A stretch of DNA of 64,000 nt from Bispira polyomma (taxonomy: Eukaryota): contig OZ287752.1 of the NCBI GenBank assembly GCA_965649765.1, positions 18,848,001 through 18,912,000 of the forward strand. The letters run 5' to 3'. The notes below the pieces were generated by a model that searched no databases, was not told the DNA's origin, and saw nothing but the letters and a program-made list of their open reading frames with translations. Positions within the stretch are counted from its first letter, which is position 1. Every line of letters starts with the position of its first letter. This document shows positions 27,561 to 39,479 of the stretch, one piece after another. Position numbers and translations under genes: made by a program.

Positions 27561-27854
27561 ACAGAACATCCAGGTTGTACTGTTCACTCGAGTCCGTCCC
27601 TTCCACTGTACACATGTACAGAGCACCATTTAGTGTTTTATCAGCTATCACTCTCAGTGTACTGAATGTCTTCTCTGTATTGTACTGACCAGACTCAGTA
27701 CTCACATCACTGGGTGGTACTGGGACACTCTCTTTACTCCAAACAACAACAGCTGTAGTGTTGGCTTCATCAATGGTACATGTTAGAGTTACCTCTGTGT
27801 TCTCAGACACTGACCAAGTAGGTGAGGAAGTGAGGGTGACTGAGGTGGCAGAAA
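27561..27854 (-). pseudogene. Copy B Ig exon 6 (open frame)
   Basis: 294 bp, phase 1-1; LTCTIDEANTTAVVVW...LNGALYMCTV. Confidence 0.9.
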
Positions 27855-28933
27855 CTACAAAAAATATGGTAATTAAATCAGGGTGATACATGTAATGAGG
27901 TTTTACTGTTACACGGCTGTATCTCATCAGTGGTACATTTTAATGTCACTTGAGTGTTCTAAGACACTTGTCCAGTAAGTGAGGATCTGTCAGTTACTGG
28001 TTACTGAGGTTGCTGGCATTACGAAGCATAGATATATTATTCCAAGTAGTAAGAAATTAGTTTCCTTTAAAAATATTGAGTTTACAGCCAATCAATGTAG
28101 ACTTGTTAATAACACAATAAATGTGTTTACAAACTTAAATAATCACCCCTTTAATTATACACTTCACGTTACTTTTGAAGTGGCAGACAAAGTTATTTTC
28201 GGTGTTAGAAAGTTTACACAATATATCTGTAAATAATGTTGAGAATGGGTCATGTTTCAAGGTTTTGATGTCTTTTGTTTAATGAGACAACGAGAATGAG
28301 AATAATGCCCAGAATACGATATATGAATAAAGGGGTAGGTTTGCATAATTTAATATTAAATGGGTATCACAAAAGTACTACTATTATTGTTAGATAAAAA
28401 ATAATAAAATTATACATTATACCCCTGCCAGTTTTATTCACGTCTGCAAACCACTAGGCAGAGTGGCAAAACAAATTCAAAGTTCATGTTCTTACAAACT
28501 CTTTCCTGAGAGTACTGCAATATCTCTCTGTCAAAATCTTAGTACAAGTTTGGTGCAAAATTATAATGTATTAATAAGCTTTGACAAAATAATACATGAA
28601 TAACTTTCAAGTTTCCGAGATTTACTGCTTCCAGTTAATATTCACATCCCACATCCATTATTTCTCGATCTCTTATTACTAACACCACAAAAAAATTACA
28701 CTCACCTAAATGTGTTACTTAATCTAACATCTAGTTCAGTGGAACTCTGTCAAGTAAATTTTCCATTTGATAAAGACAAATCTGTAAATGTAGTACCACT
28801 GAGTCATTCTATTATAATCTACTTAACTATAGGTATGTATCCTAATTCTTTGAGCTTCAACTTAAAGGGGTTCAAATTTATTTTTCATTGCTGATTTACC
28901 ACTAACATGACACTCCACTTATATATTACTTAC

Positions 28934-29224
28934 ATCTAACATCCAGTATTACAATATCTCTCACTGTTGACTTCCCATTAACATAACACTCCACCTCCTT
29001 GACATTCAGTATTCTGTCCACTCTCAGCTCTAACACACTTATCATTATCTCTGTATTATACATCCCATCCTCTGTTGTGTCACTGGTAGAATTGACACTG
29101 TTTTCTCCTACAGTCCACACCACATCAGCAGTAGGTTGAGCCTCATCAGTCACACAGGTTAAAGGTGCTAGTGTATTCTCTGGACCAGATGGAAATTGGG
29201 TCATAGTCATAATGGAGGCTGAAA
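28934..29224 (-). pseudogene. Copy B Ig exon 5 (open frame)
   Basis: 291 bp; LTCVTDEAQPTADVVW...LNVKEVECYV; GTAAGT donor. Confidence 0.88.
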
Positions 29225-29459
29225 CTGATTGAAAAGATCCTTCCGAAAAGAGCATTTCGAAACTGAAACTTAAAACTTGTTCAGTCTGAGTTCTTTATAC
29301 AGGTTCAATATGTTTCCAATATAATGTCAGAAGCAAAATGCAATAAAACTTTGCGTGCACAAAATCTAATATCACAAAGGCCTAATATTTCCTGTCCAAT
29401 TTTGGGGTTATTTCATAGACTTTTAGGCAATCTGTTTGACACATCAATGTCCAACAAAC

Positions 29460-29749
29460 AAGTGTATGTAACAGTGTTATCAAATGACGTTGCTTTGCTG
29501 TCTCTGCTCCTGTAGAATGGAACAAGCTCCCACAGACTCTTACATCACAGGACACAAAACTATCTCAAAACCTACCTTTTCAGACTTGCTTACCCCCCTA
29601 TGTAGTTTCACCCTTCCATGTTGAATGCTTCTTGGTAATGACCTTTTGCTCGCCCATGGACTTTCGCTTTTTGGATATCCGCACCCTAGATGATGTTTTT
29701 CATCAATGTGGTGCTCTATAAATGCTTCAATTATTATTATTATTATTAT
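29460..29749 (+). mobile_element. L2-type LINE 3' fragment
   Basis: FAVSAPVEWNKLP...LKTYLFRLAYP, 3' UTR and (ATT)n tail at ~29729-29749. Confidence 0.85.
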
Positions 29750-30361
29750 AGACTGATTGTATTTTTTAAACTGACATCGTCATGTCCGTTTTGTATAGAT
29801 ACAACAATCAAATAAAAAAAATAAGGTCAAGTGATGCAACAGCTTCTGAAGCAAAAGTAAGTACCTTAGTTTTATTAGTTTGGCTATTTTTTCATCGATT
29901 TTATTACACACATGTAATTAAACTGAGATTCCAACAATTAATTTTATACTTTAACAAATTGATAAAAAAGTCATAATGAGTTTAAAAGTGAACAATTTTG
30001 CTTAATGTGAACACTTTCAGAAATTGATGATTATTTGTTTATATTTTAACTAACACATGGATTAAATGTAGATTGCAATACATATTACAAAGGAAATATG
30101 TTATTTGTTCTCATAAGATGACATACTACTTTTGTACATAGTAACACAAATATATTTGTACAGTAAACAATTGCAGCTAAGAATATGACAAAAGTAAATA
30201 ATAAATAATATGTTATATAACACTGGCACTTATAATATGACATTCACTTATCTAAAAACAATGCATTTCCAGATTTTGTCTTGATAAAATCTAGATCTTA
30301 TATCATATCATTTGATATATTAATATTAGTTAATTTTCAACTTTATACTGAGAACACTTAC

Positions 30362-30652
30362 ATTGAATAGTATATGTTTTTATGTCTAACACCAATAGAT
30401 ACACATTTTGACTTCCCTCAGCTCTACAAAACACTCCCACCCTGTTGTGTTGTCTGTCTAGTGTCAGTGTAATGGTTTGCTGACCTTCACCCAGATCTGT
30501 CCACTTCTGTTGTGTACCATCATCACTTGTCCAGATAGAATAACTTGGTGAGGGGTTTGCATCCAGTGAACATGCAAACTCTACAGAGTCTCCCTCACTA
30601 ACAGGTGGACTACTAGAGGGGTTTCCTGACAGAATGAGAGGAGGCTGAACAT
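30362..30652 (-). pseudogene. Copy B Ig exon 4 (open frame)
   Basis: 291 bp; VSEGDSVEFACSLDANPSP..W...LDRQHNRVGVFCRA. Confidence 0.9.
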
Positions 30653-31208
30653 CTGAAAAAAATAATTTGGTGAATACTATATTATAATTATTATCAGTTT
30701 GACAAAATAAAAAGACCCTTACTATGAAAATGATTATATTGTGAACTTGTATAGGGATATTATAACAGAATGAGAGGAGACTGAACATCTGTAAAATTTA
30801 ATTTAATGAATACTTTATTATAATTAATGGGGCTTTAAGTGGGAAAGTTGGCAGTGACTTGCCGATGGACTTGCTGGTTTGCAGTGTAGAATTTTGAGCA
30901 CACAAAAACACGAAAACTGCCAGTCGTTATATGACCCATACAAAGTTCTGTAAGCGATGTTCAACCCAAATAAAATAAAATCAAAACTGATCAAATCCTG
31001 AAATTCTGGTAAAATAAATATTTCTTTCCCAAAATGAAATATTGTTATTATTATTGTCACTGAAATAGTAGTGCCCTAGAGATTTTTAATTATGAGCACA
31101 ACATTATGAAAATGTCCGATTGTTGGTGTGGGACTATAAAAATTCTTCCTTTGACAAGTACCTTGCATTAAAATATTGAGCTGACCAACTATATATCAAT
31201 ACACTTAC

Positions 31209-31523
31209 ATGCCACTTCTAGTTCAAACGATTTCACCAAACTAGTATCTTCTGCTGCACATCTGTACACCTTCCCATTCAGAGTGCTATCGGCCTGTATA
31301 TTCAATGTTCTCACTCGCACTTTACCATTGTACATCTCACCATTAGTTTGTGTATAAGTCTCAGCTTTCAGGTCTCTACCTACAGGTACAGTCTGACCAT
31401 CTTTGTACCACCTCACTGTTGGTGTAGGATTACCTTCATCTGTTCTACACACCACTGTTATGTATATGTTCTCTTCTACCAAGTCTGTTGGGGCACCATC
31501 AATTGTCAGCTGAGAGGCTTTAA
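31209..31523 (-). pseudogene. Copy B Ig exon 3 (open frame)
   Basis: 315 bp; VVCRTDEGNPTPTVRWYKDG...LNGKVYRCAA. Confidence 0.9.
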
Positions 31524-31617
31524 CTAAAATATAACATTTATCAATTTGAATAAACCAATGCAACATTTTTCAAAAACAACAATAATAATGTTGTACTGCT
31601 GCATGTTTGAGTTTGGG

Positions 31618-32257
31618 TTCATTTTAAATTTTAAGCTTTTAAATTTTAAACTACTTTACTTATTTATTTGTAACATTGTATATAACCTCGCTTGTACAAA
31701 ATAAAAGTCCAAACTCTATATTTTACTCTACCTAGATTTAACCTAACAATAACTTTGACCTTCATACATAACCTTCAAACTTTTGGTAACTGTGACCAGC
31801 ATAACCACTTTAGGGACCTGCTGCCTCAGTTATAAAATACAACCCTAAATCATTTTATAGTCCTTTCTCGTTTTCTCTTCTGTCCATCTACCCATTACTT
31901 CTAAACCAATCAGTAATTAACACTTTGTTTATTAGTGTGTGAAGCCACATTTTTGGGCCCAGATCTGTCTCCTAAACCCGCTCTGAGCTCAAGTTTAGGA
32001 AGCCAGAGTAGAATAGAAGCTCTGCAAGGTAGAACCCTTTTCTAGGCGATTAGGCGCCGCAAATGTCGGGCTCCCACCTCATTTTAAAATTTAAACTGAC
32101 TTTTAAATTCTAAACCACTTTACTTATATCCTTGTAACATTGTACATATACTAACTTTGTACAAAATAAATGTCGAAACTCTATATTTTACTCTACCTAG
32201 TTTCAACCTTTTAATAACTTTGACCTTCATACTTCACCTTTAAACTTTTGGTAACTG
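31618..32257 (+). mobile_element. Probable 3'-terminal B1-A-B2 remnant of a split-direct-repeat (Ngaro-type) element
   Basis: ~175-bp direct repeats at ~31618-31793 and ~32078-32257 around a unique middle; TGTGAC junction; same layout as 55438-56827. Confidence 0.6.
31950..32080 (+). other. Candidate structured RNA motif, copy 2
   Basis: Aligns with the reverse complement of 8093-8226, with pairing-preserving substitutions. Confidence 0.5.
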
Positions 32258-32328
32258 TTGCAGTTCTTAACTGTTGGTAAAAATTTCATTTATTTCCAAC
32301 TCCAATCATTTTTTTACTGCTATCTATT

Positions 32329-32500
32329 GCCTATGTGGGAAAGGTGGTAGTTCCTTACTGTGGGCCGCTGGTTTCAGTGCAGAACCTTGATCATTTGTAT
32401 GCAGTGATTCCTCCAGCGTTTCCAACTACCTGTCCCAATATAACCTAAACAGGTACTGGAGTGGACGTTAAATATCCAAATTCAAAAAAAAAAAAAAAAA
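32329..32500 (+). mobile_element. 5'-truncated copy of the 2888-3150 SINE
   Basis: Direct homology, A17 tail, CTATCTATT on both flanks (probable TSD). Confidence 0.88.
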
Positions 32501-32555
32501 GTACAACTATCTATTACACTTAGAATGGTAATGTACCAAAGTATCTACCACTTAC

Positions 32556-32884
32556 ATTCAACATCAGTCTGTTGTGTATTAGAAGTAAAAGTTTCTCCTC
32601 TCCATCACTCCTCTCTACTTCACACACTGTATCCTGTCCATTGTGTTTTCTCTGTAGTCTAATCTCTGTAGTGTAAGACACTGACACAGCTCCTGTACTG
32701 GAGTCTACCTCTACCTCTGACAACGCACTTTCTGAACTCTCAACACTAAAGTCAGGATCTACACTGACAGTAAACAGGAGACTTCCCTTCCCTGGTTTGA
32801 CAGATGACACTTTACACTGGACAGAAGTATCTGTGTGCTCTTGAAAAGTGGGAAATACTGTGAAGCTCGGTACTTGTGGTCTCA
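32556..32884 (-). pseudogene. Copy B Ig exon 2 (C-type), frameshifted near its end
   Basis: VQCKVSSVKPG...LQRKHNGQDTVCEV; 329 bp, one base short of phase 1-1. Confidence 0.88.
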
Positions 32885-34169
32885 CTAAAAATACATCAAT
32901 TTATTTTATATGATTATTCTTTGGTGATGTTCCCTAAAATGTTTTTAAAATGTTACCCGTATATTATGCCATCATATAGCAAAAATATATGAATTATCAA
33001 TGTGATACTATTGATAAAGTTCAAATCATTTTAATTTTTAATATTTTGTCACAAAAGTTCGGCATGGGGATTAAATTATATTTGTCTTTCTAAAGCAGCA
33101 GCATCTAAAACTAGTTATAATATTTGTTATGTTGAATAATATGTATCACTATCTTACTATTAATACCTTAATTTTGGTGACCTATTGAGTGAAATATATC
33201 AAGGACTTTTGTCTTTCTGATATTTCTGATGACTGCTTTCATTTGACTGCTATTTCGATACATTTTAAAATGCAAGTCCATTACACTATATAGTTTGAGC
33301 ATCCTCTCATTTCAGAAAATATTGGAATATACAAACAAAACAAATGGAAGGTGAATAAACCCAGCATTTATATTATATGACACATGTAGTACTTTAAACT
33401 AAAACAATGTAATTCAGAATGCATATTGTTACTCATGGTGAAATAAATTTCTGATACTCGGCTCATTTTAAGCCATAGAGATAGTAACTTAAAACATTAA
33501 TTGTAACGGTATAACACCAGGCCCCTATGGAGAGATACCTTACTTCTGGGGTGGGCTAATGAGGTGTTGATCAATAGCATAATCTTGGTTTCAATAAGTG
33601 TGTATTATTTGAATTTTGCTATTATTGTCTTTCACATCGCTTGTTAACAGTATAATGGTATATTTGGTGAACGGAAGCTGCACAGTATTCTGTAGTTTTA
33701 GATATTCCTGAATGAACAGGACAAATCACCAACAGCACAAGCAGCATCCACAACAATTAGTGCATGAACTGTGTCATCAGGTGATTTATGGAATTACTAT
33801 TGTATGTCTTTATGTACTTTAGTGCCTATGACATCACTCGTGTTAAGGGCCTAGAAATTCCAGACACCTAAGGTTTAAGTAAGTGCTTGAACTTAATGAT
33901 GTGCACTTTATTTCTTATTTTTTGTATTTTAGGTTTTTAGCTAGGAGGTTATGGGTTTCTATTACTCGTTTTAGGGTTTGTCTATATTACCATTTATTTC
34001 ATTTACACTTCATACATGTTTTTACTTAATATTATTTTTTTTTTACCACATACCTTTTATAAGCTTTAACTGATACTACTTAATTACTCTACTTGTCTTC
34101 ACTTCAGGTAATCTAAAATTAAAGTGATTGACATAATTTTGGTTTACATTTAAGTAAACTAAACTCAAT

Positions 34170-35670
34170 TTAAGTTGACCATAACTCAGGTAGGGTGGCC
34201 TTAAACCTTCCAATTTGTACATAAATTTTAGAATTAAGCTAGAAATGAACTAATATACCCCACATGCTCCTAATTCTGTGTTCAAGGTCAAAATAGACAA
34301 CGTACCGGTAAAGTCACTCGGGGCTTGTTGTTTTGTAAGGTAGCCCGAAGGGGCTAGCAGGGTCAGTGTTAGGTAGGGACTTTATTAAGAACCTTTCTGG
34401 TCTGTATGACCCCAATTTCTATTGGCTGTCAAATAACCCAATTTACACAGATTCCCGCCAAATAGCCCAAGGGGTTCACTTATTAAACCAAAGTCAAGCA
34501 GGCAACACGCCATTTTTAAAATAGAAACATTTTACTTTTATCCCACCCTCATCCCCAACTTACTCCTGTAGCTGGGTTATTGGCGTCGTCTGGGAGCAAG
34601 TTTTCAGAAGGTGGGGCCCCTGTTCTCTCTCTTTATGCCCTTGGGCGCAGGGGGGGCAGAGGTTTCTCGGGGTGGGGCTTTGACCTGTCAGCAGCATAGC
34701 TCGACTGCAGTCTTGCACCTCGGGCTTCCTTTGAGGGCACTCAGGGCTCCCACCCTCTAGTCTCCAAAACACATAACTGGGAAACCAGTCTCCTCTGGAG
34801 CCACTTATTCCATACCCTGGCTGCAGGAGAAGATATAACTCTCAGTAATTGTGTGTAACTAAACATGTTGTAAACAATAGTATGTCAATTATGAAATGTC
34901 GTATGTGATGAAAAACGTATAAGAAATAGTGCTCAGTTGTTAAATTAAAACGTAAATGTAGTGGGTACAATATGATAACACAGTATGTTACACTACGATC
35001 TGTATGGCTAACCATAAGTATGTAGTTCAGATCACAAGGAAAATCATCAAGAGCCAGGACAGCTTACCAGCAAGCCAAGATCCTGGTCATGCGTGTCCAA
35101 GCCAAGCTCACACACCTTAATGTACCATTGTAATTCAAATTCCTCGAGCTCTGTCTGTTGTAACAAGGGTTTGCATTGGGCAAACATGTAAGGTCTAGTG
35201 AGGTACTAATGCATCAACCTAAGGTTTTTACGGGACTCTAAATGTGATGTGCTTTTAGTGTAGTTTTTTAGTCTATCAGCTAGAACAGGGTTGCTTTCTT
35301 GTTTTGAATTTATAAATGCCATTTCATGTATCTTAGACTAAGGTCACCTGTAACCAGTAAACGTAAACTCAAATGTAACCTTAAACCACTAAGGTTACCC
35401 TACCTTAAACCACCATCTTAATTTAAGATGGCCTTAAATTTAAATGGCATCTTGAGCTAAGATGGCCTTATATTCAAACTTATACTCAACATAGGGTAAC
35501 CTTAAACTCTTAACTTAATCTCAGTTAAGTCGTGACTTTACGACCATCTTAAAATGGTGACCTTAGTCTTATAGTTTGTACATAAAAGTAGAATAACAAC
35601 TAGAATAAACTAATTACCCCAAAGGTTATGTTATCTCTGTGTTATAAACCAATCACAAGGTCACCCTAGG
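34170..35670 (+). repeat. Old degenerate direct repeats flanking a GC-rich core; possible YR-retroelement terminal remnant
   Basis: TTTGTACATAAA..TAGAAT..CTAGAA..AACTAAT..ACCCCA at ~34214-34262 and ~35575-35621. Confidence 0.4.
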
Positions 35671-36581
35671 ACACTGACCAGGAAGGCTTATAAGCGAGAA
35701 TGTATTTTGTGCACTTGTATACACTGTGTGATGATCTGTAAACTTTGTATGTCTGATATGGAAGATGAAATTCGCTTGCTTTGTAAATGCTCTGTGCTGA
35801 AAGATATTCATTCCAAATATTTTAATGCACTCACTTTAGGTTCACCACCATCAGTTATAGATTTATTTATCAGTGTGTAAAATCATTCAAAAGTAAATAT
35901 TGGTACAAGAGAAACTCCAAATTTTAAATCTGATCATCTTTCTGTGGACTAATTACTATGTATTTTAAGTGATATATAAGCTTTAACTTTATTTCTAGAC
36001 GGGTAGAATGATCAAAATGTGTGGGAATAACACCGAAAACATAAATAGTACATCAATTTAAAAGAATTCAGTTGGTAAGATTTTGTTCTGCAAGATGGTT
36101 GTTTAAGAGGATACCATTATATATTTGCATGAGTTCATAAGTACATGAACGTTTAAATGATTTAATGTCTAATTAGGGGACATATTTGCATGGTAGATTA
36201 AATATCTAAAATAATGTCCAATAATGTTCCAACAAAGTGATAAATTATACAGCAAGTATACAGTCTACATACAGTGCATACATAGAATGTACATTGAAAC
36301 AAAACTAGATATAATGTCAGCTATCTGTATGCAAAGTATTTCTTTAAAGAAATTATTTATCAAATCAATCGATAACACAGAAAACATCACAGAAACACTG
36401 TGTTCACAGTTATTTTTACTGATAATTAGTTTAAATTATCTTTACTAACTAAATAGTGACAACAATTTTAAATTTTTATCAACCTTTCAAGAAAAACAAT
36501 GGCGATAATTAATTCCTTAAAATTGTAAATTAATCATCTTTATTCCAGTTACACAACTCAAAACTGTAAATAATTACATAC

Positions 36582-36745
36582 CTATAAGTGTAACAAGAAT
36601 TGTAGTTTGCCTGTTAGGTGGACTTCTTGTACACTTAAAACAATCCAGGTCCTCCACCCTCACATTGAAAATAGTCAGTGAATAATCCACTTCACTGTAA
36701 CTGTACCTTGTCCTGGGGTAAATGTCTTCATTAGAATACACAACC
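36582..36745 (-). pseudogene. Copy B V-set Ig exon 1, 3' half only (truncated by LINE)
   Basis: RYSYSEVDYSLTIFNVRVEDLDCFKC; G|GTATGT donor; 5' side abuts an L2 fragment. Confidence 0.82.
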
Positions 36746-36910
36746 GAGTTTAGAAAAAAGCTTAAAACACATTGTTTAAAACTCACCTACCCCTTTTATT
36801 TTCCTTCCCTTACAACATTGGCTTTGATTTTGGACTTTTCTATTGGTGTACTGATTCTGCTGTTGCGCTTTAGGAGATGCCTACCATCTATAAGGTGCAT
36901 TAAAAATTCA
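36746..36910 (+). mobile_element. L2-type LINE 3' tip
   Basis: TTTAGAAAAAAGCTTAAAAC and GATTCTGCTGTTGCGCTTTAG shared with 14030-14175. Confidence 0.85.
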
Positions 36911-38599
36911 AAATCCAATACATCAATGGTGGAACTAAATAGAACAAGGAAATATATTAATAATGAGTGTGTCTTTTTAGACCCTATTATATCCAGCCTG
37001 TGCTACATTGTTTTTATATATACATTTATTGATCTTACCTGACTAATTGTTTATTATTTTTGACTAGTTTGGATCACTGGTATATTATCAAAGCCATATT
37101 GTATAACGTTTGTGTGTTTTCAGCATTGATAAAACTTTTTTATAAAGTTTTCTTTATTAAAATGTGTATTGCAAGTAAATAATTTATGAAGTGTATCAGT
37201 CATTGCAGTTTCTCACGGTTTAGTAATCAGATCTGAGGATCAGAAGGTCCTTGGTTTGAATCCTGGTAATGATATTGGCTTGGGGTAATTCTGTAAGCAC
37301 ACAATTCTCAGTCTGAAATGGTGTTAAACAGGGTGGTGTTTAACACCTCTATTGTTCACTATATACATATAGTTTATTCTTTAATTCATACCAAACTAGT
37401 TTGAGCTACCACTTAGAAAATAGCTTTACAGGAGCATAGGGGATGCAGATGATATTATTTAATTTAGCTCCTACTGTTAACACGTTAAATAAATTGTATT
37501 TCATATAAAATAAGATAATTAATGATAATTATAATAGAAAATTTGACCATATTTTAAATATAGCTTTTAAATGTACTATATGTATTTTTGAAATACATTG
37601 TATTTTAAATTAGATATAAATGGTATTATGCCTAGTGCTAGTATGGTCAGTGATTCCCTTGATTTAGATTACAGTCCAGTCCAGTTATTTTATTGGCCAA
37701 GTCTGCACTACTTCAATTCACTTTCTACAGCCAACTCCTATTAACATAACTTTAAAAACTAAAATTGGAAAGCCGAAATGCCATTTTATAGCACACATTT
37801 ATATTAATACTTAAATTATATATTTTACTGTTTTATATATATAAATATGCCTACAATAAACCTTATAAAAGATTGTGGACATTTGATAAATTCTTTGTTG
37901 CTTTGTTCTCGTGTATTATAACTCCACCTTGAGTCATCCTGACATTAATTGTTTGAGCTATACCAAAATAGATGTATTTTTATGTCTTGTCATAAAGTGG
38001 TAATACATATAATTGCTATTTCAAATGTCTAATAGTTATATATGTGGTCAATAATCCCACGTTTCAAAGTGCCATTAAGGACACTATTTCATTGTGCAAA
38101 GAAACACAAAACACCATTTTTGAAAAGTGTACATTAGTGGACGCCAGTGAGACAGACAAAAGTTCTAGTGGTACCATGCGTCGGAAACTTTTTGTGCTAT
38201 TATAATTTTAACAGCAGAAATAAATTGTGGTTGTATTATACATGACAAATATAATTTTGATATAAACAATCAAATGTTAGAGTGCTAAGTGCCCTTGTGG
38301 AGGACCATGATGACTTATCCTGGTCTGCAACTATGGGAAGTTATGTAGTTGTACTATACACGTAGAAGGAGGGCATCATGTCCTGTCCATGTAGCAGTAG
38401 TAAATCATCGCTCATTGAAACTGTTGGAAAAGAATTTCAGACAGCAACTTCAGTTATTCACCACAGCGTATATTCGATAAAAGTCAAGAACAATTTATAT
38501 TTTGTGTGAATGAGACATTCAATCAAAGTATGTTAACTGTAACGTTAATGAATATGATGTAAGTGGTCCACCAATAATAGTACAAAAAACCAAACCTTA

Positions 38600-39400
38600 A
38601 GCAATGATTCAACAAATACTTGAAACGTCTTGACCATAAAAAAACAGTGAAAATTAAGTTGTGTTCCCAGTAACAAAACACAGGTGAATATGATCAAACT
38701 TTAGTTAAATAAATTTTTCCCGAGCTGTTTCTTATCAAGCCCCTGCTTTTTATCAAGGCAATCACAGATTCAGTCTTGAAACAGGTGGGAAAAATACCAT
38801 TCCGAAAGAGAAAGATTTAAAATGTTGGTTATGGGTGTACCTAGAATGTCAAGGCATTGATTTAGAATAACTGCTGGGATAGGATAAAGTTCACAAGATT
38901 TAATAGGAGAGGATTTCATGAGTTTTAGAACATCCTGCGCCGAGAGTGTGCTGAAATGGAATACTCCCTTGATAAAAAACCAAGGCTTGCTAAGAACCAG
39001 CTCAAAACTACAGACCGGTGTTAAAACTCAGCTTTGTCTCTAAAGTTATCGAGAAAGCTGTAGCACAAATTTTGGACCACCTCAACAGACACAACATCAA
39101 AAATTGTCACTAATCTGCCTACAGAAAGTTTCACTCTACAGAAAGTGCCATTTTTCTATCATCAATATCAATCTTGCATTGGACTGCAATGAAACAGTGT
39201 TCCTGATATACTACAAAAGACATACTTACCCAACATCTGTCGCTCCTGTGATTACCACATCCATGACATCAAAAGAATCCGAAAACACCTGTCAGTGGAC
39301 ACTGCAATAATTGTGGCTAATGCCCTTGTGAGCAGCTGCCTCCACTACTGCAACTCTCTTTGTTTGAAGAGTAAACAAGTTACAGATTAAAAAGCTCCAG
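38600..39400 (+). mobile_element. Highly decayed L2-type LINE RT fragment
   Basis: PLIKN..KNYRPV..LSFVSKVIEKAV, SAYRKFHSTESA and ANALVSSCLHYCNSL motifs across frames. Confidence 0.75.
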
Positions 39401-39419
39401 TTCAAAACTACCAGTGTGA

Positions 39420-39478
39420 TGTTTCGGCTTGGTGTGGTCGCACAGACGTCACTCCTTAGCCACTAGGCCACCGCAGCA
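39420..39478 (-). mobile_element. tRNA-SINE 5' head remnant
   Basis: GCTGCGGTGGCCTAGTG identical to the head of the 2888-3150 SINE. Confidence 0.55.
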
Positions 39479-39479
39479 T

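Larger units (their letters stand above)
11553..36745 (-). pseudogene. Copy B: Ig-domain receptor tyrosine pseudokinase pseudogene (9 Ig exons + 6 kinase exons; FN3/TM/juxtamembrane block deleted)
   Basis: Exon-by-exon and intronic homology to copy A; premature stops, frameshifts, lost splice sites and a LINE-truncated first Ig exon. Confidence 0.9.

Noticed and set aside
27895-27936. Minus-strand CTGATGAG plus short stem resembling a hammerhead ribozyme core
   Set aside because: No GAAA after the stem and no convincing helices I/III.
34560-34772. 70-aa minus-strand ORF
   Set aside because: Product of local high GC; no domain motif or splice context.
37039-37097. Possible first exon of copy B (ATG...CAG|GTAAGA)
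   Set aside because: In-frame stop and no hydrophobic signal core; too weak.
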